Shown here: positions 34,617 to 46,922 of the stretch, in pieces
How the letters are laid out: the number at the start of each line of letters is the position of its first letter
Numbering within the stretch: position 1 is the stretch's first letter
NCBI GenBank assembly: GCA_029259545.1
Contig: JAPHEE010000005.1
Location: 1,143-65,142 of the forward strand
Length of the DNA: 64,000 nt
From: Candidatus Alkanophaga volatiphilum
Lineage (GTDB): Archaea; Halobacteriota; Syntropharchaeia; Alkanophagales; B39-G2
Direction: 5' to 3'
The notes under the pieces: model-generated
Seen by the model: only the letters and a program-made list of their open reading frames with translations
Told to the model about the DNA's origin: nothing
Databases searched by the model: none
Translations under genes and position numbers: made by a program

Positions 34617-35860
34617 TTAACAGCAACTCGCCACCGATACTTGCATCTTGTTGTAGGCTGTGAAAAATTCGTCTCTATCAGCGATAGAATCCCACGAGAT
34701 GTTCAACACAAATAAATACGAAGAAGCGTTTGTGTAGAAGTCAAAAGAATCGCCACCCCAACCTGCTGCCGCCTGCCTTGCCGTGTCTTCATCTATATGC
34801 AACTCAAGCATCGTCCTTATGAAAAACTCGCCAAGAACGTCAGAGCTTAGCGTCCAGCCTTCACCGAGCGGTAGTTCTGCATTTGTCACGTTCTTGCGGG
34901 GTTCTCGGCTGAAATATTTGTTGGGATGAATTATTTGTTCCGTTGTCGTGGGAGGGTCTAAGAAGGCAGCGTTCACAGCGTCCTAGCTTCCTTCTTCGTA
35001 TAAACGAGAGACGAAAATCTTGCCCTCGACGTAAGGAAATTCCATGAACGCGTCTAGGGTCCTTTCGAGGAGGCTTTCTGAAGACGAGCTCCCAAAAGCG
35101 GCAGCTTCGACGCTCGGCTCTCTCCCCTCATAAAGATCAGTAGTTATGCAGGCGTCGCCCTCGATGAGCGCCCGCGCTGCCATCAGTTCATCGAAAGTGC
35201 GTCTTGAGAGCAACCTCGTGAGATCAAAATGCTGGTCTTGGAGCACGTGCACGTATTCATGCGGCAGGATTTTCCGCAGCAAAGATGCCCTTTTTTCGGA
35301 AATAACGAAGACTTTGTTCCAGGGATCATAGTACGCCACTACATGTTCCGCTTTATGCTCGACGCTCACCTCCTTAATACTTTCATTCTCATCTGCCATG
35401 AACAATGCCTTTAACATCAGTTCACTTCTGTTATCGAGGTTGCTCGTCTGTTTGCCAATTTCCTCGGGACTCATGAACTCGTACGGAACTTCATGTGACC
35501 TCCTCGCTCAGCAAGGGGCTTCCACCGGAAGCCTTGGGAGGTTGGGGAGTGTGCCATAAGGCGCTCCCCTCCGGGCCGGGTCACGGCGGCCCCTGACCGC
35601 AGGTTGTACCCACGGCCTCGTTGCAAACCTATATTGTCTTCGGAGTATAAAAATTCTACTCCTGCCAGCCCCCCGCCCCAATTCATTCCGCCCTCAGGAC
35701 GAGCCTTCTTAGCGACTGATGGTAAAAGCTCTAAGCCTCTTATTTCCTCCACTTTGTGTATTATTTCAGCTTCATCCAATCTGATACACTGGTGATATGC
35801 CGTTACCAAGAGAGTAAGTACGAAAGCGGAAACGAGCGCAACCACTACAAGACGCTTCAT
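34617..35860 (-). pseudogene. secreted HExxH zinc-metalloprotease-like gene, split by a MITE and a further stop or frameshift
   Basis: Signal-like MKRLVVVALVSAFVLTLLV. HEYVHVLQDQH in the middle piece. AAGWGGDSF in the last piece. Removing 35495-35721 joins gag ctt tta cat gaa gtt ccg = ELLHEVPYEFMSPEE in frame. A second break lies at about 34977-34983. Confidence 0.7.
35495..35721 (-). mobile_element. MITE family A, copy 3, inside the protease gene
   Basis: In element orientation: GCTTTTAC|CATCAGTCGCTAAGAAGG...GTAGAATTTTTATACTCC...CCTCCCAAGGCTTCCGGTGGAAGCC...GCGAGGAGGTCAC|ATGAAG. TATA at 35645-35654. Confidence 0.8.
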
Positions 35861-36048
35861 GGAAATAGTTTGTGAATGTTAACAAAAATTGCTTGTGGAG
35901 TCCAGTTCCCGCGGCATAGACCAACAAGGTTTTAAACTGGGCGTGATATGTTAGGGGTGTGCCACTAAAATCCTTCTTCGTAAGGTTGATCCCGAAGTTC
36001 GTGTTCAGGGTGCCATTCTTAGAGAGATTTATATTTCTTGCGAGCAGG

Positions 36049-36915
36049 ATGCACGATGCGCTTCAGGCTGGCGTCTATGCCAGCTATGAGCGGCTTCTCG
36101 AGGAAGAGATTAAAGAGGGGAAGATTCCTAGACACGTAGCAATAATAATGGACGGCAATAGAAGATACGCCGAGAAAATAGGCGAAGCGCGCCATAAAGG
36201 GCACTATTACGGCGCTGAGGTCACTGAGAGGGTGATAGAGTGGTGCTTTGATCTGGGGGTGAAGCAGCTCACGCTTTACACGTTCTCGATCGAAAACTTT
36301 AACAGGAGCGAGGAGGAGAAGAGGGAGCTTTTCCGTCTGATAAAGGAGAAATTTGATGACGTCTGCCAAAATGAGCGCATACACGAGAAAAAGATAAGGG
36401 TTAGGGCTGTAGGGGAGTTGCAGCGGCTTCCTGAGGATCTGAGGCGGGCGATAGAAGCGGCAGAGGCTGCCACTGCAAAATACACGAACTTTACGCTGAA
36501 CATCGCGATCGCATACAGCGGACGCCGAGAGATCGTGGAGGCGGCGCGCTGCATTGCCGAAAAGGTGAAACGAGGCGAGCTCGATGTCGAGGACATCGAC
36601 GAAGACGTGATTTCGAGACACCTCCGTATAGGTTCGGCAGCCGAGAGCGGCAACGGCGGCGTCGACCTCATAATTAGGACGGGCGGCGAGCTGCGGCTCA
36701 GCAACTTCATACCGTGGCAGGCACTAGGGAACGAGTGCGCCGCCTACTTCTGCGCACCTTACTGGCCCGAATTTCGAAAAATAGACCTGCTGCGGGCTAT
36801 AAGGACGTTTCAGCAGCGTGAGGCTGAGAGGCGGCGGAGCACCATGCTCAGAGCTCTGAAACTTGCCAAGATATGCGGGGATACGCTGAAAATTAAGGGT
36901 CTTGAGAGGATTTAG
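36049..36915 (+). CDS. uppS: cis-prenyltransferase (undecaprenyl-diphosphate-synthase family), catalytic-type
   Basis: IPRHVAIIMDGNRRYA and IRTGGELRLSNFIPWQ. The C-terminus lacks the RxG motif (…FQQREAERRRSTML…). ATG at 36049, preceded by GATTTATATTTC. Confidence 0.85.
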   Translation: MHDALQAGVYASYERLLEEEIKEGKIPRHVAIIMDGNRRYAEKIGEARHKGHYYGAEVTERVIEWCFDLGVKQLTLYTFSIENFNRSEEEKRELFRLIKEKFDDVCQNERIHEKKIRVRAVGELQRLPEDLRRAIEAAEAATAKYTNFTLNIAIAYSGRREIVEAARCIAEKVKRGELDVEDIDEDVISRHLRIGSAAESGNGGVDLIIRTGGELRLSNFIPWQALGNECAAYFCAPYWPEFRKIDLLRAIRTFQQREAERRRSTMLRALKLAKICGDTLKIKGLERI

Positions 36916-37056
36916 GCATTCTCATGCGGCACCAGTAATTTTTATCGATCCGGCGTATTATGTTCTTGCTAGCATCTTCCCCTCATCATCGCCTCTCTTC
37001 AATCTTTCAGCCGCTAAAACATCCAAAAACTTTTATATTGGCGCCAATCTTGTCGT

Positions 37057-38277
37057 ATGGTGCTCACTGACCCTTCCCTAATATTGTTTTTAGTAGGCGT
37101 AGTCATCGTGCTGGGCTTTGTAGTCAATTATCTGTTTCTGAAGACAGGAATTGCCGACCCTTTATTCCTCCTCCTTTTCGGACTCTTCCTCGGCTCTTAT
37201 TTGCGGGTCATAGAGCCGGCGGCGCTCGTGCCGCTCGCCCCAATATTCTCGCAGGTAGCGCTTCTCATAATACTCGTCGAGGGCGGCATGGACACGAATT
37301 TGTATGAGGCGTTGAAGGGTGGCGCTCACGCAATATTATTAGCGGTCGTCTGCTTCTTACTTTCGATGTTTGCGGTGGCTTTTGTTGCCGTCCACTTCTT
37401 AGGCTGGGAGCTTCTGCACGGGCTGCTTCTCGGCGCAATCGTCGGAAATCCGACGCCGCTCGTCGTGTTTTCGGTGGTGAAGCGGCTGGGCTTGAAGGAG
37501 CGGACGGCTACCGTTTTGAGGTTAGAAGCAACCGTTGCTGAGATCCTAGCGATAGTGACTGCGTTGGCGCTCCTCGAATCGCTCGCCACGCCGCAACCCC
37601 TGCCATCCGCGATAATAAAGGACGCAATCAGCCGATTTTCGGTCGGCGGGATGTTAGGGATCATCGCGGGCGTCCTCTGGTATTTCGTCCTCGACAGGGT
37701 GAGAGAACTCCCGTTTTCTTACATGCTCACGCTCGCCGCAGCGTTCATCGTGTTCAGCATCGCCGAAAGCCTCGGCGGGAGCGGACCCGTCAGCGCACTG
37801 CTCTTCGGGCTGACGCTCGGCAACGAAGAGAGCATTGCGTACATCCTGAGACACGAGCGTGAGATATTGCGCTTTGATGAGACGATGCGGGCTTTCCATT
37901 CTGAAATTTCATTTTTCATAAGAGCCTTCTTCTTCGTTTACCTCGGCGCGATATGCTCAGTATCGCAGCTTGATGTAATAATTCACGGCGTCCTCATCTC
38001 TTTGACATTGCTCGCCGCTCGCATCGTTTCGGTCGTGGCATGCACCATGAAAACGAACTTGTGGGAGGATGCTGCGGTGATGAGTCTCATGCTCCCCCGC
38101 GGTTTGGCGGCGGCGGTCTTAGCAACACTTGTCCTCAGCTTCGCAGACCGCTTCCCCGGCGGCATACAGGACGCTCTCGCCATCTCAGAACTCACGTTCG
38201 TCGTCATCTTTGTCACCATTTTGATGTGCACCGTAGGCACCTGTTTCTTCCTCAGGAAGAAGAGTACTAGAAGTTAA
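37057..38277 (+). CDS. cation:proton antiporter (CPA family)
   Basis: 406 aa with about 11-12 hydrophobic helices. Na+/H+-exchanger-like organisation. Confidence 0.7.
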   Translation: MVLTDPSLILFLVGVVIVLGFVVNYLFLKTGIADPLFLLLFGLFLGSYLRVIEPAALVPLAPIFSQVALLIILVEGGMDTNLYEALKGGAHAILLAVVCFLLSMFAVAFVAVHFLGWELLHGLLLGAIVGNPTPLVVFSVVKRLGLKERTATVLRLEATVAEILAIVTALALLESLATPQPLPSAIIKDAISRFSVGGMLGIIAGVLWYFVLDRVRELPFSYMLTLAAAFIVFSIAESLGGSGPVSALLFGLTLGNEESIAYILRHEREILRFDETMRAFHSEISFFIRAFFFVYLGAICSVSQLDVIIHGVLISLTLLAARIVSVVACTMKTNLWEDAAVMSLMLPRGLAAAVLATLVLSFADRFPGGIQDALAISELTFVVIFVTILMCTVGTCFFLRKKSTRS

Positions 38278-38278
38278 A

Positions 38279-39472
38279 TCACCTCGTGTGGACAATTTTG
38301 ATAACGTCACCGTCTCGCAAAACATAGTCGGCACTGAGCCTGCGTTTCGTGCGTGCATCGACGGCGTACAGGAAGCTCTGTCCGATCTCGGTATGGACTG
38401 CGAACGCAAGGTCACGGGCGGTGCTGCCACGCTTCATAAGGAAGGCGTCTGGCAGCGTCCTTCCTGCGGAGTCGCAGAGCTTGTTCTCGTCCTCGACGGG
38501 GTAAACGACGATGTAATCAAGAAGGTCGAAGACCGCTCTGTTTATACACTCTTGGACGCCGCTGCTCCCGAACTCCCGCAGCAATTTTTTCATCTTTTCA
38601 AGCGCCGCCCTTTGCGCATCAGTGATGCTCGCCACGATTTCGAAGTCGGGGTCGCCTGGCAGGTATCGTATGATGTTGTTCTTCGCTGCCGTCCTTAAAG
38701 CAAGCTCCATCTCCGCACTGCACGGTATCACGATGCGGTCGAGCTTCTTCAGCCTTTCCAAGAACTCTCTAGGCGCGATATCCATTTTATTTGCAGCTAT
38801 CAGCATCTTTTTGCTCTCTTCGACGACATGCGCCGCTAGCATCTTCAAAGCGTCGTCGCTCCAGTTTTTAACGTTGCTACCAGCCACTCTCACAGTTTTG
38901 GACAGCGCTGCTTTCATCTGCGCTTCTGAAACGCCGACGCCTGCGAGCTGTTCTGTTAATAACCTCTCGACTTTCGCCCCTTCGAGCTCTACCCGCCGCA
39001 GCACCTTCCGCCAATTGCGCTGGATTATCCCAAAAACCCACATCCTCAGCTCCTCTTCGAAAAACGTAACGTCCTCCACAGGATCGTGATTGCCGACGCC
39101 CACGATGTTCCCGTCGGCGTCCGTGCCTCCAGAGGCGTCAACGACGTGTATGATGGCTTCCGCTCGCCGTAAATTATCAAGAAACTCGTTCCCCAATCCA
39201 CGGCCCTTATGAGCGTCCTTGACGAGTCCGGCAACGTCTATTAGCTCCACAGGTATGAAGCGTGCGCCCTTAACGCAATTCCCGCAAAAGTCATTGAGAA
39301 GCTCCTTGCAGACGCATTTTGTGCGGACGTGTGTGATGCCGACGTTTGGCGAGATCGTCGTGAAGGGGTATGGTGCGATCTCTACATCCACCAGCGTGCT
39401 CGCTTTGAAAAACGTGGACTTCCCAGAATTTGGCTTCCCGGCTATCGCTAGGGTTATCATCTTATTTCTCAA
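38279..39472 (-). CDS. OBG-family GTPase (YchF/Ygr210-like) with C-terminal TGS-like domain
   Basis: P-loop IAGKPNSGKSTFF, PYPFTTISPNVG, DVAGLV, and C-terminal YVLRDGDVIKIV. Confidence 0.8.
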   Translation of the reverse strand: MRNKMITLAIAGKPNSGKSTFFKASTLVDVEIAPYPFTTISPNVGITHVRTKCVCKELLNDFCGNCVKGARFIPVELIDVAGLVKDAHKGRGLGNEFLDNLRRAEAIIHVVDASGGTDADGNIVGVGNHDPVEDVTFFEEELRMWVFGIIQRNWRKVLRRVELEGAKVERLLTEQLAGVGVSEAQMKAALSKTVRVAGSNVKNWSDDALKMLAAHVVEESKKMLIAANKMDIAPREFLERLKKLDRIVIPCSAEMELALRTAAKNNIIRYLPGDPDFEIVASITDAQRAALEKMKKLLREFGSSGVQECINRAVFDLLDYIVVYPVEDENKLCDSAGRTLPDAFLMKRGSTARDLAFAVHTEIGQSFLYAVDARTKRRLSADYVLRDGDVIKIVHTR

Positions 39473-39731
39473 CAGCTACGGTCTCTAGCTGGCTCACTAT
39501 GCTCCAGATCGTCGTCCTCGCATGGAGCGGCATGTTCGGGTCGTTCGTCAGTTCCTCAAGGGTCGAGATCGCAGAAGTCGCTCGGACCGCCAGCGACTCC
39601 TTCCCACTTAATAGTTCGTTCTTAACCTGCGTCGCCGTCCTCCTTATGTTACGAGGTACGGTCATGTCCTCAATTATCTTGTCAAGAAGCTCAACGCATT
39701 TTTTTATAACTTCCTCCTCTCCCATCTCCAC
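39462..39731 (-). CDS. UPF0147-family small protein
   Basis: 89 aa. TVPRNIRRTA...LAVRATSAISTLEELTNDPNMPLHARTTIWSIVSQLE. Confidence 0.7.
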   Translation of the reverse strand: MEMGEEEVIKKCVELLDKIIEDMTVPRNIRRTATQVKNELLSGKESLAVRATSAISTLEELTNDPNMPLHARTTIWSIVSQLETVAVEK

Positions 39732-39934
39732 ACCCCCTTATCCCTTCTTCTAACTTTTTATTAAGCTATTATTATTGGCAACGAGCTTGAATCACGACGT
39801 GGCGGTTGTGTTTATATTCCCACGTCTGCCCGGTGTAGGTCCTCACCTCAAGCCTCCAGTCGTCCTAGATCTATTTATAACCATGAAGGGCGGACCTAGG
39901 GGAGAAAATTTATTATATTCCTCCCTCAAATAGT

Positions 39935-40489
39935 ATGACGAGTATGGAAACGAATATTCCGGTAAGGGAAGTGATGGTACGGGATGTTGTGAAGGCAGAT
40001 CAGGAGATGAACGCCAGAGATGCTGCTCGCATGATGTTGAAATATGATGTGGACAGTATAATTGTGTTAAACAAAGGAGAGCCGGTGGGCATTGTAACTG
40101 AGCGCGACATGATCAGGGAACTTGTGTCGAAGGATATAACGCCGAGCGAGGTGAAACTCAAAGATCTCATGAGGTCTCCCTTAATTACTGCGTCGCCCGA
40201 TGACGACCTCATGGATGTCGCGAAGCTGATGTTAAAGAGAAAGATAAGAAGGGTGCCCGTCGTAGAGAACGGCAAGCTTGTGGGCATAGTTGCGGACGTG
40301 GACATCCTTGCGGTCTATTCTGAGATGAACTCCATACTTGCAGAATTAGTGGAGATGAACATAGAGCGCGAAATCGAAGCGCCGGGAGAGGAAATGTCGC
40401 AGGGTATATGCGAGAGATGTGGCACCTTCTCTGGTAACTTAAAGCTCATAGACGGGCTTTTGCTGTGCGAGAGCTGCAGAGAAAGCTAA
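39935..40489 (+). CDS. CBS-domain pair protein with C-terminal zinc ribbon
   Basis: Two CBS-like repeats (VMVRDVV..., IRRVPVVENGKLVGIV) and CERCG...CESC. Confidence 0.8.
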   Translation: MTSMETNIPVREVMVRDVVKADQEMNARDAARMMLKYDVDSIIVLNKGEPVGIVTERDMIRELVSKDITPSEVKLKDLMRSPLITASPDDDLMDVAKLMLKRKIRRVPVVENGKLVGIVADVDILAVYSEMNSILAELVEMNIEREIEAPGEEMSQGICERCGTFSGNLKLIDGLLLCESCRES

Positions 40490-40614
40490 AGCTTATAGAG
40501 GAAATTAAAGTGCGACGCGAGAGAGTTTGACCGAAGTGAGTATTGTGGTGGCTCGTCCTAAGTTTTGGCTTAAATTCCCTTTTTGTTGCTTTAGGTCCAC
40601 TTTGTCGGTAAGGG

Positions 40615-41583
40615 TCAGTCCCTGATGCCCTCAGGCTTCACCGAGAACACCACTTCAGCCTCAGGCAGGTTTGGAGAGTCTACGAGCCTTGCGATCCGCT
40701 TTTCGCCTTTTGACTTCCGGAGGTATATTCGGTAAGTGACCGTATGTCCGAGAACGTGCCCGCCAATAGGTTTCGTGGGGTCGCCGAAGAAGGCGTCGGG
40801 TCTCGCATGCACCTGATTCGTGACCATGACCGCAGCATTGTTCAGGTAGGCGAAGCGGAGCGCATCGTGCAGATGCTTGTTTATCTTCTGCTGCCGGTCC
40901 ACCAAGGAGCTTCTTCCCGGATATTCCGCTCTGAAATGAGCGGTTACCGAATCTATGATTAAGAGACGGACGGGGCGATCGGTGTCCCGGAGCTTGTCCG
41001 CCAGCTCCTGCGCCTTCTCTATGAGGAGCATCTGGTGGTTCGAATTATAAGCGCGGGCAACATGTATGTTCCTGAGCACCTCCTTCGGGTCCAAATCAAG
41101 CGCCTCTGCCATCTGTTTTATCCTTTCGGGACGGAACGTGTTCTCTGTGTCTATCATTATGGCAGAGCCCTCAAGCCCGCCCTGCTCCCGAGGTAATTGG
41201 ACGTTAACTGCGAGCTGGTGCGCGATTTGTGTCTTCCCAGAGCCGAACTCCCCGTAGAACTCAGTGATGGCTTGAGTCTCTAAGCCACCGCCGAGGAGGT
41301 TATCGAGCGCCGAGGAGCACGTTGTCAGCTTGCCTATTTCTTTACGTCGCTCGAAGATCACGTCACCGGTCTCGAAGCCGCCGACATCCGCCAGCTCACG
41401 AGCGGCGTTTATTATCTTTGCGGCGACGCCCTCGCCGATCTCAGCGGCGGCAGCAAGCTCCATCGGAGACGCCACCGCTATGGCTTCGACGCTCGTGTAG
41501 CCGGCATCTCGCAGCTTCTCGGCGGTCGTGGGTCCGACGCCCGGAATTTCTTCTATGTTCTTCACCTTCTTCATTCTCACCAC
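40615..41583 (-). CDS. radA: DNA repair and recombination protein RadA
   Basis: N-terminal Hh[16 protein letters not shown]. Walker [10 protein letters not shown]. Also LLIIDSV. Confidence 0.95.
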   Translation of the reverse strand: MVRMKKVKNIEEIPGVGPTTAEKLRDAGYTSVEAIAVASPMELAAAAEIGEGVAAKIINAARELADVGGFETGDVIFERRKEIGKLTTCSSALDNLLGGGLETQAITEFYGEFGSGKTQIAHQLAVNVQLPREQGGLEGSAIMIDTENTFRPERIKQMAEALDLDPKEVLRNIHVARAYNSNHQMLLIEKAQELADKLRDTDRPVRLLIIDSVTAHFRAEYPGRSSLVDRQQKINKHLHDALRFAYLNNAAVMVTNQVHARPDAFFGDPTKPIGGHVLGHTVTYRIYLRKSKGEKRIARLVDSPNLPEAEVVFSVKPEGIRD

Positions 41584-41622
41584 TGCCTATTTTGTTCCGA
41601 CTACTCTTAATTTTACCTGTGG

Positions 41623-43608
41623 TCAGCTGATTGCGAACAAGTTTTTGACCTGCGCCATGATCTGTGAGTTTTTGAAGTGCTTCTGCTCAAGGGCGCCGGT
41701 GGGGCACGCCGCCACGCACGTGCCGCAGCCCTTGCACAGGGCTTCGACGAGCTTCGCACGACCGCCCTCGAGCGAGAGCGCCCCGTACGCGCACGCATCG
41801 ACGCAAAGCCCGCAACCGACGCACTTCTCGGCATTCAACGTCGCCGTTATACCCTCTACCTTTGCCTTTCCAGCTGTTAACAGGCGGGCGGCGCGGGCAG
41901 CCGCTCCACTCCCCTGTGAAACCGCGTAAGGTATGTCCTTGGGGCCCGAGGCGCAACCTGCTACGAATATGCCGTCGATCACTGTGTCAACGGGCCCTAG
42001 CTTCGGATGCGCCTCCATCAAGAGCCCGTCAGCAGCCCTTGGCAGCTTCAGCATCTTGGAGAGCTTTTCGATGTCTTTGTGCGGTACGATCCCCGTACCG
42101 AGCACCAGAAGCTCCACTTCTATGTTCCTCACTTCCCCTTTCAGCGTGTCCTCGACGCGCACGACCAAATTCCCGTTTTCCTTCTCGATGACCTCAAAAG
42201 GTCTACCCCGTATGAACTTGATACCGAGCTCCCTTGCCCGGTTATACGCCTCTTCATAGAGGCGGAACGGCGCCCTAATGTCCATGTAAAAGATGTAATG
42301 GTCGGTTTCAGGACGCTTCTCTTTCAGTAGGATTGCGTTTTTAATATTTACCATACAACAGACGTTCGAGCAGTATATGTTCGTGCGGCGGTCTCGTGAG
42401 CCGACGCAGTTTATGTAGCCGACGACGTTCGGCTCTTTACAGTCAGATGGTCTTATAATGTGTCCTTCGGTGGGACCGGCGGCGTTCAGGAGCCTTTCAA
42501 ATTCCATTGCTGTAATCACGTTGTCGTAAATACCGTAGCCGTAGTCATGGTTCGGTTCGGGGTCGTAGGTCGCGAATCCGGGCGCCACGATAATCGTGCC
42601 GACTTTCACTTTCATGTATTCGGGCTTCTGGCTGAAGTCGATGGCATCTCGCTCGCATGCTTTCATGCAAGCTTTGCACTCCTTGCCCTCTGCCCTCAAG
42701 CAGTTTTCCATGTCTATCAGCGCCCTCAGCGGCACAGCCTGCGGAAACGGCACGTAAATAGCCTTCCTCGTCCCGAAACCTTCGTTAAAGTCGTAAGGCA
42801 CCTCGACGGGGCACTTCTCGCTGCATTGCGCGCAGCCGGTGCACTTGGCTTCGTCGACGTAGCGTGGTTTTTTCAAAATCGTGACCTCGAAGTTCCCGAC
42901 GTAGCCCTCCACATCAACGACTTCCGAGTAGGACAAAATCTCGATGTTCTTATTTCTGGCGACCTCCACCATTTTCGGACCGAGAATGCAGATCGAGCAG
43001 TCGTTCGTCGGAAACACCTTGTCGAAGCGCGCCATGCGTCCGCCGATTGAAGGCTCTTTTTCCACAAGATAGACGCGGAATCCCATGTCTGCAAGGTCCA
43101 TCGCCGCTTGCATGCCAGCGACGCCCGCTCCAATCACGAGCGCTTCGTCGTGGACAGGCACTTCGGTCTCCTCGAGCGGCTCCAGAAGGTGCGCGCGGGC
43201 GACGCCCATCCTGACCAAGTCCTTAGCCTTCTCCGTCGCCTTTTCGGGCTCCCACATGTGCTGCCATGAACACTGATCCCGGATGTTCACGAACTCGAAA
43301 AGGTATTTATTGACGCCAGCTTCTTCGCAGCACGTCCTGAACGTTGGTTCGTGCGTCTTCGGTGTGCATGCTGCGACGACGACCCTGTTCAGGTTGTATT
43401 TTCGGATGTGCTCTTGTATGTCTGCCTGTCCAGAGTCAGAGCACGTGAACTTATTGACGGAGACGCAGACGACATGTGGTAGCGTCTTTGCATACTCGGC
43501 GACGGCGTCGCAGTCCACCACGCCGCCAATATTCACGCCGCAGCGGCAGATGAACACCCCTATCCTCAAGTCCTCCCCGCCTTTCATTCCCGTTTCTGAC
43601 GACGACAT
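41623..43608 (-). CDS. hdrA: heterodisulfide reductase subunit A-like flavoprotein
   Basis: IGVFICRCGVNIGG, VIGAGVAGMQAAMDLA, and multiple CxxCxxCxxxCP clusters. No hdrBC or mvhD adjacent. Confidence 0.85.
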   Translation of the reverse strand: MSSSETGMKGGEDLRIGVFICRCGVNIGGVVDCDAVAEYAKTLPHVVCVSVNKFTCSDSGQADIQEHIRKYNLNRVVVAACTPKTHEPTFRTCCEEAGVNKYLFEFVNIRDQCSWQHMWEPEKATEKAKDLVRMGVARAHLLEPLEETEVPVHDEALVIGAGVAGMQAAMDLADMGFRVYLVEKEPSIGGRMARFDKVFPTNDCSICILGPKMVEVARNKNIEILSYSEVVDVEGYVGNFEVTILKKPRYVDEAKCTGCAQCSEKCPVEVPYDFNEGFGTRKAIYVPFPQAVPLRALIDMENCLRAEGKECKACMKACERDAIDFSQKPEYMKVKVGTIIVAPGFATYDPEPNHDYGYGIYDNVITAMEFERLLNAAGPTEGHIIRPSDCKEPNVVGYINCVGSRDRRTNIYCSNVCCMVNIKNAILLKEKRPETDHYIFYMDIRAPFRLYEEAYNRARELGIKFIRGRPFEVIEKENGNLVVRVEDTLKGEVRNIEVELLVLGTGIVPHKDIEKLSKMLKLPRAADGLLMEAHPKLGPVDTVIDGIFVAGCASGPKDIPYAVSQGSGAAARAARLLTAGKAKVEGITATLNAEKCVGCGLCVDACAYGALSLEGGRAKLVEALCKGCGTCVAACPTGALEQKHFKNSQIMAQVKNLFAIS

Positions 43609-43714
43609 GAGAGCACCCCGGCTCCGTCTGCTCTTGCTATGCTAAAGTCTTCGTGTCAGTTTAAAAACGTTGAGAATTTTGAGCCCGATGGGCATCTCAT
43701 CATTCACTACTAAT

Positions 43715-44449
43715 TCATCCCCGCGTCGGGACCTTCTTAACAACATTTTGTAAGCGTAACTTGAATAGAACTTTCATAAATTCGAGGATGTCCTTTATTC
43801 CAAGCTTCGTCTCGCCGAACTTTCTATCTCTAAAGCATATTGGGACTTCAGCGACGGAGAAGCCTAGCCTCTTCGCAAAGTAAGCCATTTCGACCTGAAA
43901 AGCATACCCCCCAGAGATGTTCATGCCGTTCGTCCTTATTTCGTCCAAAACCTCTTTTTTGTAAGCACGATAGCCACTCGTTAGGTCTTTGATGTCCAGC
44001 CGCAGCAGAAATCTCGCAAGGGTGTTTGCGCCTCGGCTCAGGACGATGCGGAGGGCGTCCCAGTCCTCAACACGCCCGCCATCGACGAGGCGAGAGCCGA
44101 TGACAACATCTGCGCCGCTCTTTATTTCTTCCAAGAATTTGGGAATCATTGCAGGATCGTGGGAGAGGTCAGCATCCATCTCGAAGACAACATCACCGCT
44201 CGCAAACTCGAATCCGCATCTGTATGCGGAGCCTAAGCCCAGCTTCCTCGCTCGCTTGACCAAAATAATGTTTGGGTAAATTTGAGAGAGGCGCTCGACT
44301 TCGGCGGCGGTACCGTCTTCGCTATTGTCGTCGACGACGATAACCTCGCCGCAAAGCCCCTCGCGCTCGAAGACTTCCATTATCTTAGGAATCAAAAGCC
44401 TTATGTTTTCCCTCTCGTTGTACGTGGGGATGACTATTGAAACTTTCAT
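43715..44449 (-). CDS. family-2 glycosyltransferase (dolichyl-phosphate mannose/glucose synthase-like)
   Basis: KVSIVIPTYNERENI, VVDDNSEDGT and MDADLSHDP. Confidence 0.85.
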   Translation of the reverse strand: MKVSIVIPTYNERENIRLLIPKIMEVFEREGLCGEVIVVDDNSEDGTAAEVERLSQIYPNIILVKRARKLGLGSAYRCGFEFASGDVVFEMDADLSHDPAMIPKFLEEIKSGADVVIGSRLVDGGRVEDWDALRIVLSRGANTLARFLLRLDIKDLTSGYRAYKKEVLDEIRTNGMNISGGYAFQVEMAYFAKRLGFSVAEVPICFRDRKFGETKLGIKDILEFMKVLFKLRLQNVVKKVPTRG

Positions 44450-44506
44450 TTAAGCCTTGGTTCAGACAACCCAGTTAAAAGGGTGTTGCTTTTGATAAGT
44501 AAAGTT

Positions 44507-45616
44507 ATGATGTTAAAGGCGTTCCGAAGTCTCGGCGCGCCTGTAATACCGCCGATAAACGTGACGTTCAGCGTCACGAACAAGTGCAATTCAAGATGCA
44601 AGACGTGCAACATCTGGGCGGCGGCTGAAGGCAGATCCGCCGAGGATGAACTCAAGATGGACGAGATAAACTCGATCTTGGACGGCTTGAGGGGAGCTTA
44701 CTGGTTCACGATAAGCGGGGGAGAGCCGTTTTTGCGTGAGGACTTACCAGAAATATGTATTTCCATTTTCGAGCGTTGTAATGCGAAGATCGTTAACATC
44801 CCGACGAACGGCTTGCTGTGGAGGAGAATAGAGAAGAATGTAGAAGAAGTTTTGGAGTTTTTAGGGCGGAAAAGGGGGAGAAATGCGGGAAAGCGGCTCA
44901 TAGTAAACATCTCGCTTGACGGTGTAGGCGAGCTGCATGATGAAATAAGAGGGGTTAAAGGGAACTTTGAGAAACTTCTTCGGACTTACGAGGCGCTTGT
45001 CCCGCTCAGGGAGGAGTACGAGAGTTTACTGGTCGGCGTGCACACCGTGATTTCGAAGTTTAATGTGCATGCGATTCCCGAAATTTACGAATTCGTGAGG
45101 AGTCTGGAGCCACGCCCCGACTCACACATTTTTGAGGTTGCGGAAGAGCGCGTCGAGCTTTTTAATGTGGGCAGTGGCGTGACGCCAGACTACGAGGAAC
45201 TTGCAAGAGCGCTCGACTTTATTTCCTCTAGATTAAAGGCGGACTATTTCAGGGGCGGCATGCAGAGGCTCATCCAAGCGTTCCGCCTTGAATATTACAA
45301 TTTGGTGAAAAAGACGCTTTTGGAGCGTCGTCAGATAATCCCATGCTATGCAGCGTTCGCCTCCTGCCAGATAACGCCGCTCGGCGAGGTTTGGGCGTGC
45401 TGTATCCTTGCAAGGTCGTTAGGCAGTCTACGTGCTGAAAACTACGACTTCAGGAAGGTATGGACGTCTAAGAGGGCAGCAGAAATAAGAGAAGCAATAA
45501 AGCGGGGCGAGTGCTACTGCCCGCTCGCAAACGCCATGTACACTTCAATGCTCTGTAGCATCAGATGTGCTGCTGCGATCGCCCTGAGGTTTCTCGGAGC
45601 CGGAGCCTACGGGTGA
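44507..45616 (+). CDS. radical SAM protein with SPASM-like Cys-rich C-terminus
   Basis: VTNKCNSRCKTCNIW (CxxxCxxC), then C-terminal CYAAFASC...WACC...GECYCP. ATG at 44507 preferred over GTG at 44483. Confidence 0.8.
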   Translation: MMLKAFRSLGAPVIPPINVTFSVTNKCNSRCKTCNIWAAAEGRSAEDELKMDEINSILDGLRGAYWFTISGGEPFLREDLPEICISIFERCNAKIVNIPTNGLLWRRIEKNVEEVLEFLGRKRGRNAGKRLIVNISLDGVGELHDEIRGVKGNFEKLLRTYEALVPLREEYESLLVGVHTVISKFNVHAIPEIYEFVRSLEPRPDSHIFEVAEERVELFNVGSGVTPDYEELARALDFISSRLKADYFRGGMQRLIQAFRLEYYNLVKKTLLERRQIIPCYAAFASCQITPLGEVWACCILARSLGSLRAENYDFRKVWTSKRAAEIREAIKRGECYCPLANAMYTSMLCSIRCAAAIALRFLGAGAYG

Positions 45617-46786
<1,170 letters not shown>

Positions 46787-46922
46787 CTCTCATGGTCCCT
46801 AGAATTTGGGTTTAGCAGCTGCCGTCCGATAATTTTAAACCCTGAGATCCAAACCCTGCACGGAAGTGGTGAACATTAAGGTGGGTGTGTGTGGCAAATA
46901 CTGTTCATCCAAACTTTAAGAG

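Noticed and set aside
34340-34620. Looked for a leader or degenerate array directly upstream of the cas operon; GCATCCAG with weakly similar context occurs at about 34366 and 34513
   Set aside because: Two weak 8-20 nt similarities about 150 nt apart do not make a repeat-spacer structure. The region more likely holds the operon promoter (minus-strand TTCTTATATGA at about 34408-34420).
41528-43645. Numerous plus-strand ORFs of 60-200 aa antisense to hdrA, with similar antisense sets opposite ths, mcm, the thiolase gene and proS
   Set aside because: Each lies entirely inside a long, motif-rich gene on the other strand and shows biased, non-protein-like composition. They are shadow ORFs.
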